From Gammaproteobacteria bacterium (GTDB lineage Bacteria > Pseudomonadota > Gammaproteobacteria > JBIOEC01), in NCBI GenBank assembly GCA_965279305.1, contig OZ257143.1:1170001-1202000 (forward strand): DNA of 32,000 nt. Direction: 5' to 3'. Below are positions 20,063 to 29,002 of the stretch, one piece after another. The first letter of the stretch is position 1. Each line of letters begins with the position of its first letter. The notes under the pieces were generated by a model, which saw nothing but the letters and a program-made list of their open reading frames with translations, made no database searches and had not been told where the DNA came from. A program made the position numbers and the translations under genes.

Positions 20063-21496
20063 ATGAAAAAGAAAATATTAATTGGACTTTCTGCTGGTTT
20101 TTTCACTCTTTCGCTTGCTCATGCGCAAGAAACATCCTCTACTTCAGCGACAAATTCCTCTGTGCAAGCACAAATAGATGAATTAAAAGCTGAAGTGATT
20201 AAATTACAGACTAAAATTGATCAAGAACAAAATAATAAAACGTTAACTACAACGGATAAAAATGAAATTGAATTAGAAAAAGAATATGGTACTTTAGGCG
20301 ATCGTTTGTCTGGGGTTCGTAATTTGGGTTTAGGAACCGGCCGTTATTACGGTTTGGACAGTGACGACGACGGATCACAATTATTAATCACAGCGCCTCA
20401 ATTAAATAAAGATTACAACTTATTAATAACCAACCAATTGTTAGATAAAAGAGTGGGTTTGGTAAGTGAAACAGGCGCGCGGGTTCAGCTCAGCGGTACC
20501 ATACAAGCGTCAGCAGTATACAACACCTCTCCGTTTGGACAGATTGTAGATGATGTGGGCGAGCCTATTCCTGAAGAAAAAAGTGATTTATTAGGACAAG
20601 CAGAATTTGATATTGCCGCCGAAATCAGTGACTGGTGGACAGGGTATATGCATTTTTACTCAGGTACTGAACCGGGTGATAGTGCAAAATTGGAGCAAGC
20701 ATTTATTACCGTAGGTGACTTAGATCAATTACCTACTTTTGCTTCTGCTGGTTTGTATTTCTTACCATCGGGTTATTACTACACTAACATGGTGTCGCGT
20801 CCTCAAACACGTGAAGTGGGTCGTTCTCGTGATAATGTGGCGTCGATTACTACTGTATGGAAAAGTTTCCGCGGTACTATTTTCGGATTTGATAGTGAGC
20901 GTCAAGAAATTGGTCAAAGTGATACGTTAGATCAATTTGGTGCTAGCTTAGATTATACCCAACGCTGGACTGAAGATTTGCGTGTTCGTATGGGTGTAGG
21001 CTATGTGAACGATAATTCGGGAGCGGAAGGTATTGCTGCCGATGACGTTTTAGATATTGATGTTCCTATTAAACATTATATTCCTTCTGGTAACGTTTAC
21101 GGACGTATCGACTATAGAGACTTTATTTTCTATGCGGAATATCAAGATAACTTCAAATCTTTCCAAGATGATGAGTTGGCGATTAATGGTGAAGGTGCCA
21201 AAATTAGCGCGGCTAACTTTGAAATCACTTACAACTTTGATTGGGGTAGAAAAAGCTGGATTACGGTTAACTATGGTTTAACTACCGAAGCTTTAGGTGC
21301 TCAGTTGCCTGAACGCGTAGCGGGTATCACTTATGGTGTTAACGTAGCTAAAAATACCGTTATCAGCTTTGAATACTTGAACCAACAAGATTACAGTGAT
21401 AATGATGTAGGTTTTGCTGCAAGTAATCCTGATCCTGTATTGGGTACTGGTGATGACAATAACCAGTTTATTGTTCAGGTCGATCTATTCTTCTAA
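20063..21496 (+). CDS. Outer-membrane beta-barrel (porin-like) protein with N-terminal coiled coil
   Basis: The signal peptide is MKKKILIGLSAGFFTLSLAHA|QE. A heptad segment VQAQIDELKAEVIKLQTKIDQEQ follows. Alternating beta-strand-like sequence runs through the C-terminal two thirds. The terminal QFIVQVDLFF is the aromatic C-terminus typical of BAM substrates. A strong SD AGGAGA is present. I cannot assign the family from memory. Confidence 0.65.
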   Translation: MKKKILIGLSAGFFTLSLAHAQETSSTSATNSSVQAQIDELKAEVIKLQTKIDQEQNNKTLTTTDKNEIELEKEYGTLGDRLSGVRNLGLGTGRYYGLDSDDDGSQLLITAPQLNKDYNLLITNQLLDKRVGLVSETGARVQLSGTIQASAVYNTSPFGQIVDDVGEPIPEEKSDLLGQAEFDIAAEISDWWTGYMHFYSGTEPGDSAKLEQAFITVGDLDQLPTFASAGLYFLPSGYYYTNMVSRPQTREVGRSRDNVASITTVWKSFRGTIFGFDSERQEIGQSDTLDQFGASLDYTQRWTEDLRVRMGVGYVNDNSGAEGIAADDVLDIDVPIKHYIPSGNVYGRIDYRDFIFYAEYQDNFKSFQDDELAINGEGAKISAANFEITYNFDWGRKSWITVNYGLTTEALGAQLPERVAGITYGVNVAKNTVISFEYLNQQDYSDNDVGFAASNPDPVLGTGDDNNQFIVQVDLFF

Positions 21497-21512
21497 GAAG
21501 AATATGCAGTTT

Positions 21513-21542
21513 AAAAAAGCCCCTTTTCAGGGGCTTTTTTTT
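21513..21542. terminator. Bidirectional rho-independent terminator between convergent OMP gene and rnt
   Basis: The sequence is AAAAAA-AGCCCCT-TTTC-AGGGGCT-TTTTTTT. The stem pairs 21518-21524 with 21529-21535. It is flanked by an A-run on one side and a T-run on the other. Confidence 0.8.
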
Positions 21543-21551
21543 ATCTGGCAT

Positions 21552-22175
21552 TTAGGCATGCCACTTGCAGGAGCCTAGAGTATCCCATTTATTAACAATT
21601 CCACAAAATAATTTAGCAGTTTGTTCCGCATCATAGATAGCACTATGAGCTAGTTCAGCATCAAATCCTAAGTCGGCTTCTACTAATGCTTTAGCGAGTA
21701 CGGTTTGTCCGTAAGCCAAACCACTTAAAGTGGCTGTATCGAAAGTAGTAAAGCGATGAAAAGGGCTTTTTAAATGGTGGCGGTGACAAGCTGCTTGAAT
21801 AAAGTTCAAATCAAAAGTGGGATTATGCCCCACCAACACGGCGCGTTCGCAGTCAAACTCTTTACATAATCGATTAATATGGTTAAATAAATCTTGTAAT
21901 GCGTCTTGTTCATTTATTGCAAAGCGTAAAGGATGAAAAGGATCTGTAATTCCGGTAAATTTTAACGAAGACTCCTCCAGTTTTGCTCCATTAAATGGTA
22001 GAATATGGTAATGGTATGTAGTAGCAGGGACGAGCTGCTGACCATCGAACGCAAGCGTGACAGCTGCTAACTCTAGCAAAGCATGTTTTTCGGGTTCGAG
22101 GCCGCTGGTTTCTACATCCACTACGATGGGTAGGAAACCGCGAAAGCGCTGTGACATTAATGTGCTAAGAGTCAT
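21552..22175 (-). CDS. rnt: Ribonuclease T (DEDDh 3'-5' exoribonuclease)
   Basis: RFRGFLPIVVDVETSGL, VGHNPTFDLNF and HSAIYDAEQTAKLFCGIVNKW parallel E. coli RNase T. Confidence 0.9.
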   Translation of the reverse strand: MTLSTLMSQRFRGFLPIVVDVETSGLEPEKHALLELAAVTLAFDGQQLVPATTYHYHILPFNGAKLEESSLKFTGITDPFHPLRFAINEQDALQDLFNHINRLCKEFDCERAVLVGHNPTFDLNFIQAACHRHHLKSPFHRFTTFDTATLSGLAYGQTVLAKALVEADLGFDAELAHSAIYDAEQTAKLFCGIVNKWDTLGSCKWHA

Positions 22176-22184
22176 GGAGTTCCT

Positions 22185-24206
22185 ATGAGCTATCGCTGGT
22201 TAATTTATATTCTGTGCAGTATAGGGATTTTTACGGGTATCGTAAACATTGCCCACGCGAACACGGATCCGGCTCAGGCCACTCCGCTTCGTTATGAATT
22301 ATTATTGGATGAAGAAGCCCGCTATTATCATGTCTTGCCTGGCAGCCAACAGCAATGGAAAGTCATTGGTGCAGAATTCGTCAATCTGTACTCGCTTACC
22401 CTGAATTATTTTACCAATCTATATCAATCTGTCGTTGAATCCATACATCAAAGCACTCCATGGGGATTGGGGATTGGCGCTGTTTTTCTTCTGATTTTTT
22501 GGATTTTTTGTTATGTTGTAACGCGTTTGGGAAGAAAAATTAGAGAGCATCAGTTATTTCCGGTTCACATACAGAATACCTTTATTGGGCAAGTGGTATA
22601 TTACACCGCTGAGCTATGGTTGCGTAATGTAGCTTTACTTGAGTTGTTAGGTAGCATTTCTTTGGCTCTTATTTATTTAGCTACTCCTAACTTGCTACTA
22701 CTTTTCTCTCTATTTGGTGTAATTATTGCTGCCAAATTTATTTCAGATATTGCGCGTATCGTCTTATTAGAAAATATTGCCGATAGAGAAGGGCATGATA
22801 TCCAGCTTTATCATGCTTTGGAATGGTGTATTGTTTTTGCTGGCATATTAGCCTGTTTAACCTTGCTGGCGCATTTGATGACCATTTCTGTGTATATGAC
22901 CGGCTTTATTGACCGTTTATTTTTGCTGGTTATCTTTATTCTGTCTATTTCTTTACTTAAAAACTGGCGCGCTATTCCCTTTTTATTACAGCCCTATATT
23001 CAGCGCCGCTATTTACAAAGAGCGGTGAGTATTCTGAGCGCTCTGATCCCTTTGGTACTCATGTCAACGGCGATTATTGGTTTAGTGGGTTATGTGGTAT
23101 TAGCCTGGAGAATTGGTATAGCCGAGATCAAGTTATTATTAGTGACTATTGGTTGGATAGTGGTAAGAGGTTTGGCTAACGATTTGATGACATGGCTTTC
23201 TGATTTATTTATTCGCCGAGTATCGAATGGTTGGTTATGGACAGAAGCTATTTTAAAACCGCTACGCCGAATTGTTAATTTAATTATTTTTGTGGCTATG
23301 CTATGGGTTTTACTCTGGGTATATGGTTTTGAACAAGGTTCTTTATTGGTAAGCCAAATACAAAAAGGCCTGCAATATAGCTTGTTTACGCTGGGTGGAA
23401 CCGATATTACCCCTTTGAAATTGATTTTATTTACATTAATTTTAACTGTGGTTGTTTGGTTGGCAAAATGGAGCAGAGAGTTTGCTTACCGTTGGTTATT
23501 TTCAGGCACAAAAGATTATGGTTTACGTAATACATTTGCGGTATTTACTCAATATACGGCGGTTTTTGTAGGCGGATTAATTGTTTTAAAAGTTGTGGGA
23601 ATCGATTTAACGACATTAACAGTGGTATTAGGAGCGCTCAGTTTAGGTATTGGTATAGGATTGCAAAGTTTGGCCAACAGTTTAGTGAGCGGATTTATTT
23701 TGCTTATTGAACGTCCGCTGCAAGTCGGCGATTTAGTGAAAATTGGTGACAATGAAGGTGAAGTCACGCGAGTTGGTATGCGTTCTATTACCCTGAATTC
23801 CTCGGATCATAAAGAAGTGATTATCCCCAATGCGGATACCATTAGCCAATCGGTGATAAATTCGACACACCGAGATAATGTAGTGCGAGTAAATGTGCCT
23901 ATTCGTGTAGGTTTTGATCAAGATCCACATAAAGTAAAAGCAGTAATTGAGCAAGTATTGAATGAACATGTAGGTGTATTAGCAGAACCACCCATTGAAG
24001 TATTGTTATGGTCTTTTGGCGAATCTGCTATGGTATTTGATGTGCGTTTTTATATAGAAGTGCGTACTCGTTATACGTCTTCTGTTTCTCAAGCGCAGTC
24101 TGATGTGTTGTTTAAAATTTGGGACGGATTACGTGCTAATAAAATTCCGTTGCCTTATCCACAACAAAATGTAACCATGACTCAAACCCAGACTAAATCA
24201 AAATAG
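22185..24206 (+). CDS. Large MscS-family mechanosensitive ion channel
   Basis: A signal-like N-terminus (…VNIAHA|NT) is followed by many TM helices. The conserved MscS core follows: LGALSLGIGIGLQSLANSLVSGFILLIERPLQVGDLVKIGDNEGEVTRVGMRSITL..D.KEVIIPNA. Confidence 0.85.
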   Translation: MSYRWLIYILCSIGIFTGIVNIAHANTDPAQATPLRYELLLDEEARYYHVLPGSQQQWKVIGAEFVNLYSLTLNYFTNLYQSVVESIHQSTPWGLGIGAVFLLIFWIFCYVVTRLGRKIREHQLFPVHIQNTFIGQVVYYTAELWLRNVALLELLGSISLALIYLATPNLLLLFSLFGVIIAAKFISDIARIVLLENIADREGHDIQLYHALEWCIVFAGILACLTLLAHLMTISVYMTGFIDRLFLLVIFILSISLLKNWRAIPFLLQPYIQRRYLQRAVSILSALIPLVLMSTAIIGLVGYVVLAWRIGIAEIKLLLVTIGWIVVRGLANDLMTWLSDLFIRRVSNGWLWTEAILKPLRRIVNLIIFVAMLWVLLWVYGFEQGSLLVSQIQKGLQYSLFTLGGTDITPLKLILFTLILTVVVWLAKWSREFAYRWLFSGTKDYGLRNTFAVFTQYTAVFVGGLIVLKVVGIDLTTLTVVLGALSLGIGIGLQSLANSLVSGFILLIERPLQVGDLVKIGDNEGEVTRVGMRSITLNSSDHKEVIIPNADTISQSVINSTHRDNVVRVNVPIRVGFDQDPHKVKAVIEQVLNEHVGVLAEPPIEVLLWSFGESAMVFDVRFYIEVRTRYTSSVSQAQSDVLFKIWDGLRANKIPLPYPQQNVTMTQTQTKSK

Positions 24207-24231
24207 CTCTCCTTGCGGAGAGCTTTTTTTT
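24205..24231. terminator. Bidirectional rho-independent terminator between convergent msc gene and fumC
   Basis: AGCTCTCC (24205-24212), loop TTGC, GGAGAGCT (24217-24224), then a T-run at 24225-24231. The hairpin fills the entire 23-nt gap between the two stop codons and touches both. Confidence 0.75.
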
Positions 24232-25612
24232 ATTCCTTAATCCCGCCTTTAGTCAATTCAGTAGGATCCAGCAAACGATCGAGTTCTTCTGAAGAAAGAT
24301 CAGTCAGCTCAAGCGCTACTTCTTTAACCGAGCGGTTTTGCTGATAAGCCGTTTTAGCAATTTTAGCGCCTAATTCATAACCAATCACACGATTTAATGC
24401 GGTAACCAAAATAGGATTGCGACCTAACTGTTCATTGATATGATCTTGGTTAACGGTAAATCCAGCTATGGCTTTGTCGGCTAATATAACAGACGAATTG
24501 GCTAGCAATTGAATGCTATGCAATAAGTTATAAGCAATAACCGGTAACATTACTAACAATTGGAAATTGCCAGATTGTCCTGCAACGGTAATGGTTGCAT
24601 CGTTACCAATCACTTGTGCTGCTGCCATACAAACCGCTTCCGGAATAACAGGGTTCACTTTACCTGGCATAATACTGCTACCCGGTTGTAATGCAGGTAA
24701 AGAAATTTCGCCTAAGCCTGCTAAAGGGCCGCTATTCATCCAACGTAAGTCATTAGCAATTTTCATTAAGCTGCACGCAATCACTTTTAATTGGCCCGAT
24801 AATTCTACCGCTGTGTCTTGTGAACTTAAGCTTTCAAAAAAATTAGGGCTTACCGTAAAAGGCAAATGGGTTTTAGCGCCTAATGCTTTTACAAAATGTT
24901 TAGAAAATTCAGGGTGAGCATTAATACCTGTTCCTACGGCAGTACCGCCTTGCGCTAATGAATACAGGCGAGGTAAGGTTGATTTAATACGCTCTATTCC
25001 TAAACGGATTTGAGCAGACCAGCCGCCCAATTCTTGATCCATACGAACAGGCATAGCATCCATTAAATGAGTGCGGCCTGTTTTGGTCACGTTTTTTAAG
25101 CTAGCAGCTTTTTTATCAATGGTATCAGCCAAATGTTTTAACGCTGGTAATAATTGTTCATTTAATGCAATGGCCGCGCTCACATGAATAGCGGTAGGGA
25201 TCACATCGTTACTGCTTTGGCTCATGTTTACATGATCATTAGGATGCACAGGTGTTTTGGTGTGCTGGCTAGCGAGAGTTGCAATTACCTCGTTAGCATT
25301 CATATTGGTACTAGTGCCTGATCCGGTTTGAAACACGTCTAGAGGAAAGTGCTCTGTCACTTTTCCAGCCGCCACTTCGTCGGCTGCCGTGCGGATGGCT
25401 TTACCTATGTTTTTGTCTAATAGGCCTAGCTCTTCATTGGCAGTAGAGGCTGCATGTTTAATCAGACCTAATGCTTGTATAAAGGGTGGGGGCAATGGTA
25501 GCCCGCTAATAGGGAAGTTATCAACAGCGCGTTGCGTTTGGGCGCCATAAAGCGCATCGGCAGGAACTTTGAGTTCGCCCATGCTGTCATGTACGGTTTT
25601 ATATTGAGTCAT
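24230..25612 (-). CDS. fumC: Class II fumarate hydratase
   Basis: DSMGELKVPADALYGAQTQR, FQTGSGTSTNMNANEV, VHPNDHVNMSQSSNDV, ANDLRWMNSGPLAGLGEISLP and the SS-loop GSSIMPGKVNP all track E. coli FumC rather than AspA. The residues after the SS-loop (PVIPEA) are aspartase-like. Confidence 0.85.
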   Translation of the reverse strand: MTQYKTVHDSMGELKVPADALYGAQTQRAVDNFPISGLPLPPPFIQALGLIKHAASTANEELGLLDKNIGKAIRTAADEVAAGKVTEHFPLDVFQTGSGTSTNMNANEVIATLASQHTKTPVHPNDHVNMSQSSNDVIPTAIHVSAAIALNEQLLPALKHLADTIDKKAASLKNVTKTGRTHLMDAMPVRMDQELGGWSAQIRLGIERIKSTLPRLYSLAQGGTAVGTGINAHPEFSKHFVKALGAKTHLPFTVSPNFFESLSSQDTAVELSGQLKVIACSLMKIANDLRWMNSGPLAGLGEISLPALQPGSSIMPGKVNPVIPEAVCMAAAQVIGNDATITVAGQSGNFQLLVMLPVIAYNLLHSIQLLANSSVILADKAIAGFTVNQDHINEQLGRNPILVTALNRVIGYELGAKIAKTAYQQNRSVKEVALELTDLSSEELDRLLDPTELTKGGIKE

Positions 25613-25634
25613 TTTTAACTTCCTTTTCTAAAGG

Positions 25635-25748
25635 TTAGGCTAAGGTGGTTAACCAGAATGTAATACCAGCAACAATTACCCCTAGGATAATGGTAAAGGT
25701 AATGCCGTTGATCATATCGTTGGATAAGGGTTTACGCTGATTTGTCAT
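25635..25748 (-). CDS. Candidate 37-aa single-TM small protein (not in ORF track)
   Basis: My own translation of the minus strand gives MTNQRKPLSNDMINGITFTIILGVIVAGITFWLTTLA*. GGAGAG lies 6 nt upstream of the ATG. The stop lies 22 nt before the fumC start on the same strand. A basic N-terminus is followed by a 23-residue hydrophobic helix. Confidence 0.4.
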   Translation of the reverse strand: MTNQRKPLSNDMINGITFTIILGVIVAGITFWLTTLA

Positions 25749-25783
25749 GTTAGGCTCTCCGAATATTGGGTTCGTAGGCGCTT

Positions 25784-25811
25784 ATGATACCACTCTCATC
25801 ATTTCGGTGAA
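25784..25811 (-). promoter_or_regulatory. Candidate promoter for small ORF-fumC transcript
   Basis: On the minus strand the promoter reads TTCACC (25811-25806), 16 nt, then TGgTATCAT (hexamer 25789-25784), an extended -10 type. Confidence 0.3.
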
Positions 25812-25882
25812 AGCACGGACTTGCCGAGGGGTGGGTAATGGACTAACTTAAGTGAAGAGATTACTTATTTTAAGGATGAATT

Positions 25883-26371
25883 ATGGCTAAGATTAAGAGC
25901 ATGAGCCCCGAAACAAGGAAGTTTGCGCTAGAGCATGGGATTATTAGGGAAGGGGACAATTTAAGAGCTCGCTTTTTTGAGAGCTTTGAGTGGTTAATTA
26001 AAACTTTAATTTTGGTTAATTCTGGTGGAATAGTAACTATTTTAGCTCATATAGATAATATGCCAGTGGTTACTCTTGAATTTGATTTATCTTTGTTTTT
26101 TTTCTGTTTAGGTTTATCGTTTCTTTTGTTTTTAATTATTTATGTATATTTTCATTTTGAAAAACAGCTCAGACAATTTGGGGAAGATGCTTTTCATTTT
26201 CAAGCGGGCACCTTGGATTTTGATGAGATTGATGTGTTTAAGAAAAAAGAAAAACAAAGCTGGGTATTTAATTTTTCTTTAATGTCATCCACTATTGTAT
26301 TTATTTTGGGACTGTTATTGGCAATATGCGCCTACTTCGATATTCCCGTTATTTCTTCAGGGGTTTTGTGA
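25883..26371 (+). CDS. Hypothetical membrane protein (about 3 TM), no recognisable family
   Basis: AAGGA lies 6 nt before the ATG. Predicted TM segments are LIKTLILVNSGGIVTILAHI, LSLFFFCLGLSFLLFLIIYVYF and LMSSTIVFILGLLLAICAYF. The gene is visibly more AT-rich than its neighbours. Its 3' end overlaps the convergent OPT gene by 23 nt. Confidence 0.5.
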   Translation: MAKIKSMSPETRKFALEHGIIREGDNLRARFFESFEWLIKTLILVNSGGIVTILAHIDNMPVVTLEFDLSLFFFCLGLSFLLFLIIYVYFHFEKQLRQFGEDAFHFQAGTLDFDEIDVFKKKEKQSWVFNFSLMSSTIVFILGLLLAICAYFDIPVISSGVL

Positions 26372-28343
26372 CGGAGATGTAGATTAAATAAACGAGCGAC
26401 ATAAAGCCCAAGAGTCCTAATAGAGATAACATATTAGGGCTTAAAGAAGTAGGGATCATTAAAGCATTTTCGCCTACGGGAGAAAGTGAAAAAGGAATTG
26501 CCAAGGTAATTCCCGTTAACGCTTCACCTGCAATTAAACCGGCTGCTACCAAAATACCTCGGCGTTCAGCCGCTTCATTCATTTTAAAACGCTTATGTAA
26601 AATATAAGATAACACACCGCCTAAAAATAAAGCCGTTACCATTGTCATAGGCAAATACATACCTAAACCAAAAGCGAGTACAGGCATACGAATTTTACTA
26701 CCTGATTTTTGTAAATAATGGTCAATGATCACGACAATAATCGCAATACCAACACCGATACTAAACATCACATTATTTATTTTACCCAAAAACACACCTT
26801 CAGCCACCGCAGCCATAATAGTGGCTTGGGGAGCTACTAATGCTTTTGTGGGATCCATTCCTGCGCGTGGTAAAATATCTCCAATACCATAAGCGTTTAA
26901 CAATAAATCTAAAACCGGAATAATCACTAAAGAACCGGCTAGCACACCTAAAAATAAAATAAACTGCTGTTTCCAAGGTGTTGCGCCTAAGGCATAACCC
27001 GCACGTAAATCCTGCATATTGTCGCCGCCTAAAGAAGCGCATAAACAAATAATAGAAGCAAAAATAATCGCAATACCCGCAGCATGAGCGGCATATTGAG
27101 GGTTATCAAAGGTTAATTGAGTGCCAATAATGCCGATTAATAAAACCGCGATAAATGTAATAGAGGCAATGGCTAAACCTGAAATAGGTAATGAAGAAGT
27201 GCCGACTAATCCCACTAAATAAGAAGCAATAGCGCTGGCAACAAAGCCTAAAACAATAGCGAATACCGTGCAGACGACCACAATGATTAATAATAAATCG
27301 CTAGTAATGGGTAAATTAAAAGCGGCGATATTATGGTAAAAAACAAAAAATAAAGGAAGAGTGGTAATAGCAATAACACCTACCACGATAGACATAGGGA
27401 TATCACGCTCAGTGCGTGGTACATTACGCGCGTGTTTATAATGAAACGATCCTAAAGACGCTTTCACCGCTTCCATAATAGGTTTATACAACGTCACTAA
27501 TCCCCAGAGTCCGCCAAAGGTAATAGCGCCAATACTGGCATATCGCAAATGTTCTTTATAAAGTGTGGTAACAGCAGTTGCCGGATCCATATTAAGTTCA
27601 GGGTATAGAAGACTTAATATAGGAACGCCTAAGATCCATGTGGTGACATTACCTAACGCAATAGTAGTAGCAACGCCTATACCTACAATATAACCAGCGG
27701 CGAGCAATACCGGTGAAAATCCAAACCCAAATCCAAAAAGCACGTTCGCTTTTTGTGCCCAAAAATTAATGCTATCGCCAATCACTTTAAATCCAGTTTG
27801 GCATAAGGTAAAAGCAGCGGCTAATAATCCGCCACGAATTAAATAGGTGACGCCGCTTTTTTCGTTCTTGGCCGGTTTTTCTTTTTCAGAGGCTTTTAAA
27901 ATTTCGGCTACCGCAATACCTTCTGGGTAAGGTAATTGTTGTTCCACAATCATGGTTCGTCTTAAGGGAACGGAAAATAACACGCCTAAACCACCACCAA
28001 TAAGCCCGATTAATAAAGTGTCCCAATACGAAAATTCAGTCCATACGCCTAACATTAATAGTGCAGGAATAGTAAAAATAATACCGGCCGCTAAACATTC
28101 TCCAGCCGAAGCGGCTGTTTGCACCAAATTGTGCTCTAAAATATTTTTGTTGCGAAACCAATGTAAAACAGCAATATAAATAACAGCAGCTGGAATGGAG
28201 CCTGATACAGTACGTCCCATTTTTAATCCAATATAAGCATTAGAGGCTGCCAATAGTGCAGCCAGGAAAAAGCCTAGAATATACACTTTTAAGGTTAATT
28301 CTGGATATTGTTTGGAAGCAGGTACATAAGGGCTGCGCGCCAT
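26349..28343 (-). CDS. OPT-superfamily oligopeptide transporter
   Basis: The 664-aa polytopic protein has an N-terminus YPELTLKVYILGFFLAALLAASNAYIGLKMGRTVSGSIPAAV characteristic of bacterial OPT-family transporters. Confidence 0.85.
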   Translation of the reverse strand: MARSPYVPASKQYPELTLKVYILGFFLAALLAASNAYIGLKMGRTVSGSIPAAVIYIAVLHWFRNKNILEHNLVQTAASAGECLAAGIIFTIPALLMLGVWTEFSYWDTLLIGLIGGGLGVLFSVPLRRTMIVEQQLPYPEGIAVAEILKASEKEKPAKNEKSGVTYLIRGGLLAAAFTLCQTGFKVIGDSINFWAQKANVLFGFGFGFSPVLLAAGYIVGIGVATTIALGNVTTWILGVPILSLLYPELNMDPATAVTTLYKEHLRYASIGAITFGGLWGLVTLYKPIMEAVKASLGSFHYKHARNVPRTERDIPMSIVVGVIAITTLPLFFVFYHNIAAFNLPITSDLLLIIVVVCTVFAIVLGFVASAIASYLVGLVGTSSLPISGLAIASITFIAVLLIGIIGTQLTFDNPQYAAHAAGIAIIFASIICLCASLGGDNMQDLRAGYALGATPWKQQFILFLGVLAGSLVIIPVLDLLLNAYGIGDILPRAGMDPTKALVAPQATIMAAVAEGVFLGKINNVMFSIGVGIAIIVVIIDHYLQKSGSKIRMPVLAFGLGMYLPMTMVTALFLGGVLSYILHKRFKMNEAAERRGILVAAGLIAGEALTGITLAIPFSLSPVGENALMIPTSLSPNMLSLLGLLGFMSLVYLIYISVTKPLKK

Positions 28344-28363
28344 AAATTATTCCTTATAAAATA

Positions 28364-28855
28364 TTAGATTCCGCAGTGATCGCGTCCTTGTTTTTCTAAA
28401 TAGCGCTGATGATATTCTTCTGCTTTATAAAAAGGTGGCGCGGCTTGAATTTGAGTAACCACGGCATGTGGCCATTTTTTACTTTTTTTCAGCGCTTCCT
28501 TGGCATCTTGAGCTTGAGCTCTTTGCATATCAGTATAGTAAAAAATTGCTGAGCGGTATTGAGAGCCTACATCAGGCCCTTGCCTATTAACGGTAGTAGG
28601 ATTGTGATTATCAAAAAATACCTCTAATAATTGAGGGTAGCTGATCTCAGCGGGATCGTATTTCATCCATACCACTTCGGCGTGTCCGGTTTTGTCAGAG
28701 CATACGTCTTCGTAGGTTGGCTTTTTTTTGTGTCCGCCCGCATAGCCTACGGTGGTTTCTTTGACACCCGGTAGTTTTGAGAAGAGCGCTTCCACACCCC
28801 AAAAACATCCAGCGCCAAACATGGCTTGCTCTAAAACAGAATTTTCGTTAGACAT
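28364..28855 (-). CDS. msrA: Peptide-methionine (S)-S-oxide reductase MsrA
   Basis: The active-site motif GAGCFWGVEA and GYAGG....PTYEDVCSDKTGHAEVV are present. The track start 28882 overshoots. AAGGAA lies 6 nt before ATG28855. Confidence 0.93.
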   Translation of the reverse strand: MSNENSVLEQAMFGAGCFWGVEALFSKLPGVKETTVGYAGGHKKKPTYEDVCSDKTGHAEVVWMKYDPAEISYPQLLEVFFDNHNPTTVNRQGPDVGSQYRSAIFYYTDMQRAQAQDAKEALKKSKKWPHAVVTQIQAAPPFYKAEEYHQRYLEKQGRDHCGI

Positions 28856-29002
28856 AATACTTTCCTTAATAGTTCTTACCATTGTAGCCCAATTTTAGAT
28901 CAGAAGTATAAGTTGTAGATCTTGATTTATTAACCTAATTAAGTGCATACTACGCGCTCTCTTCTGACATAAATCGCAGTTTAAACTTAAAGGGGTAGTG
29001 TA

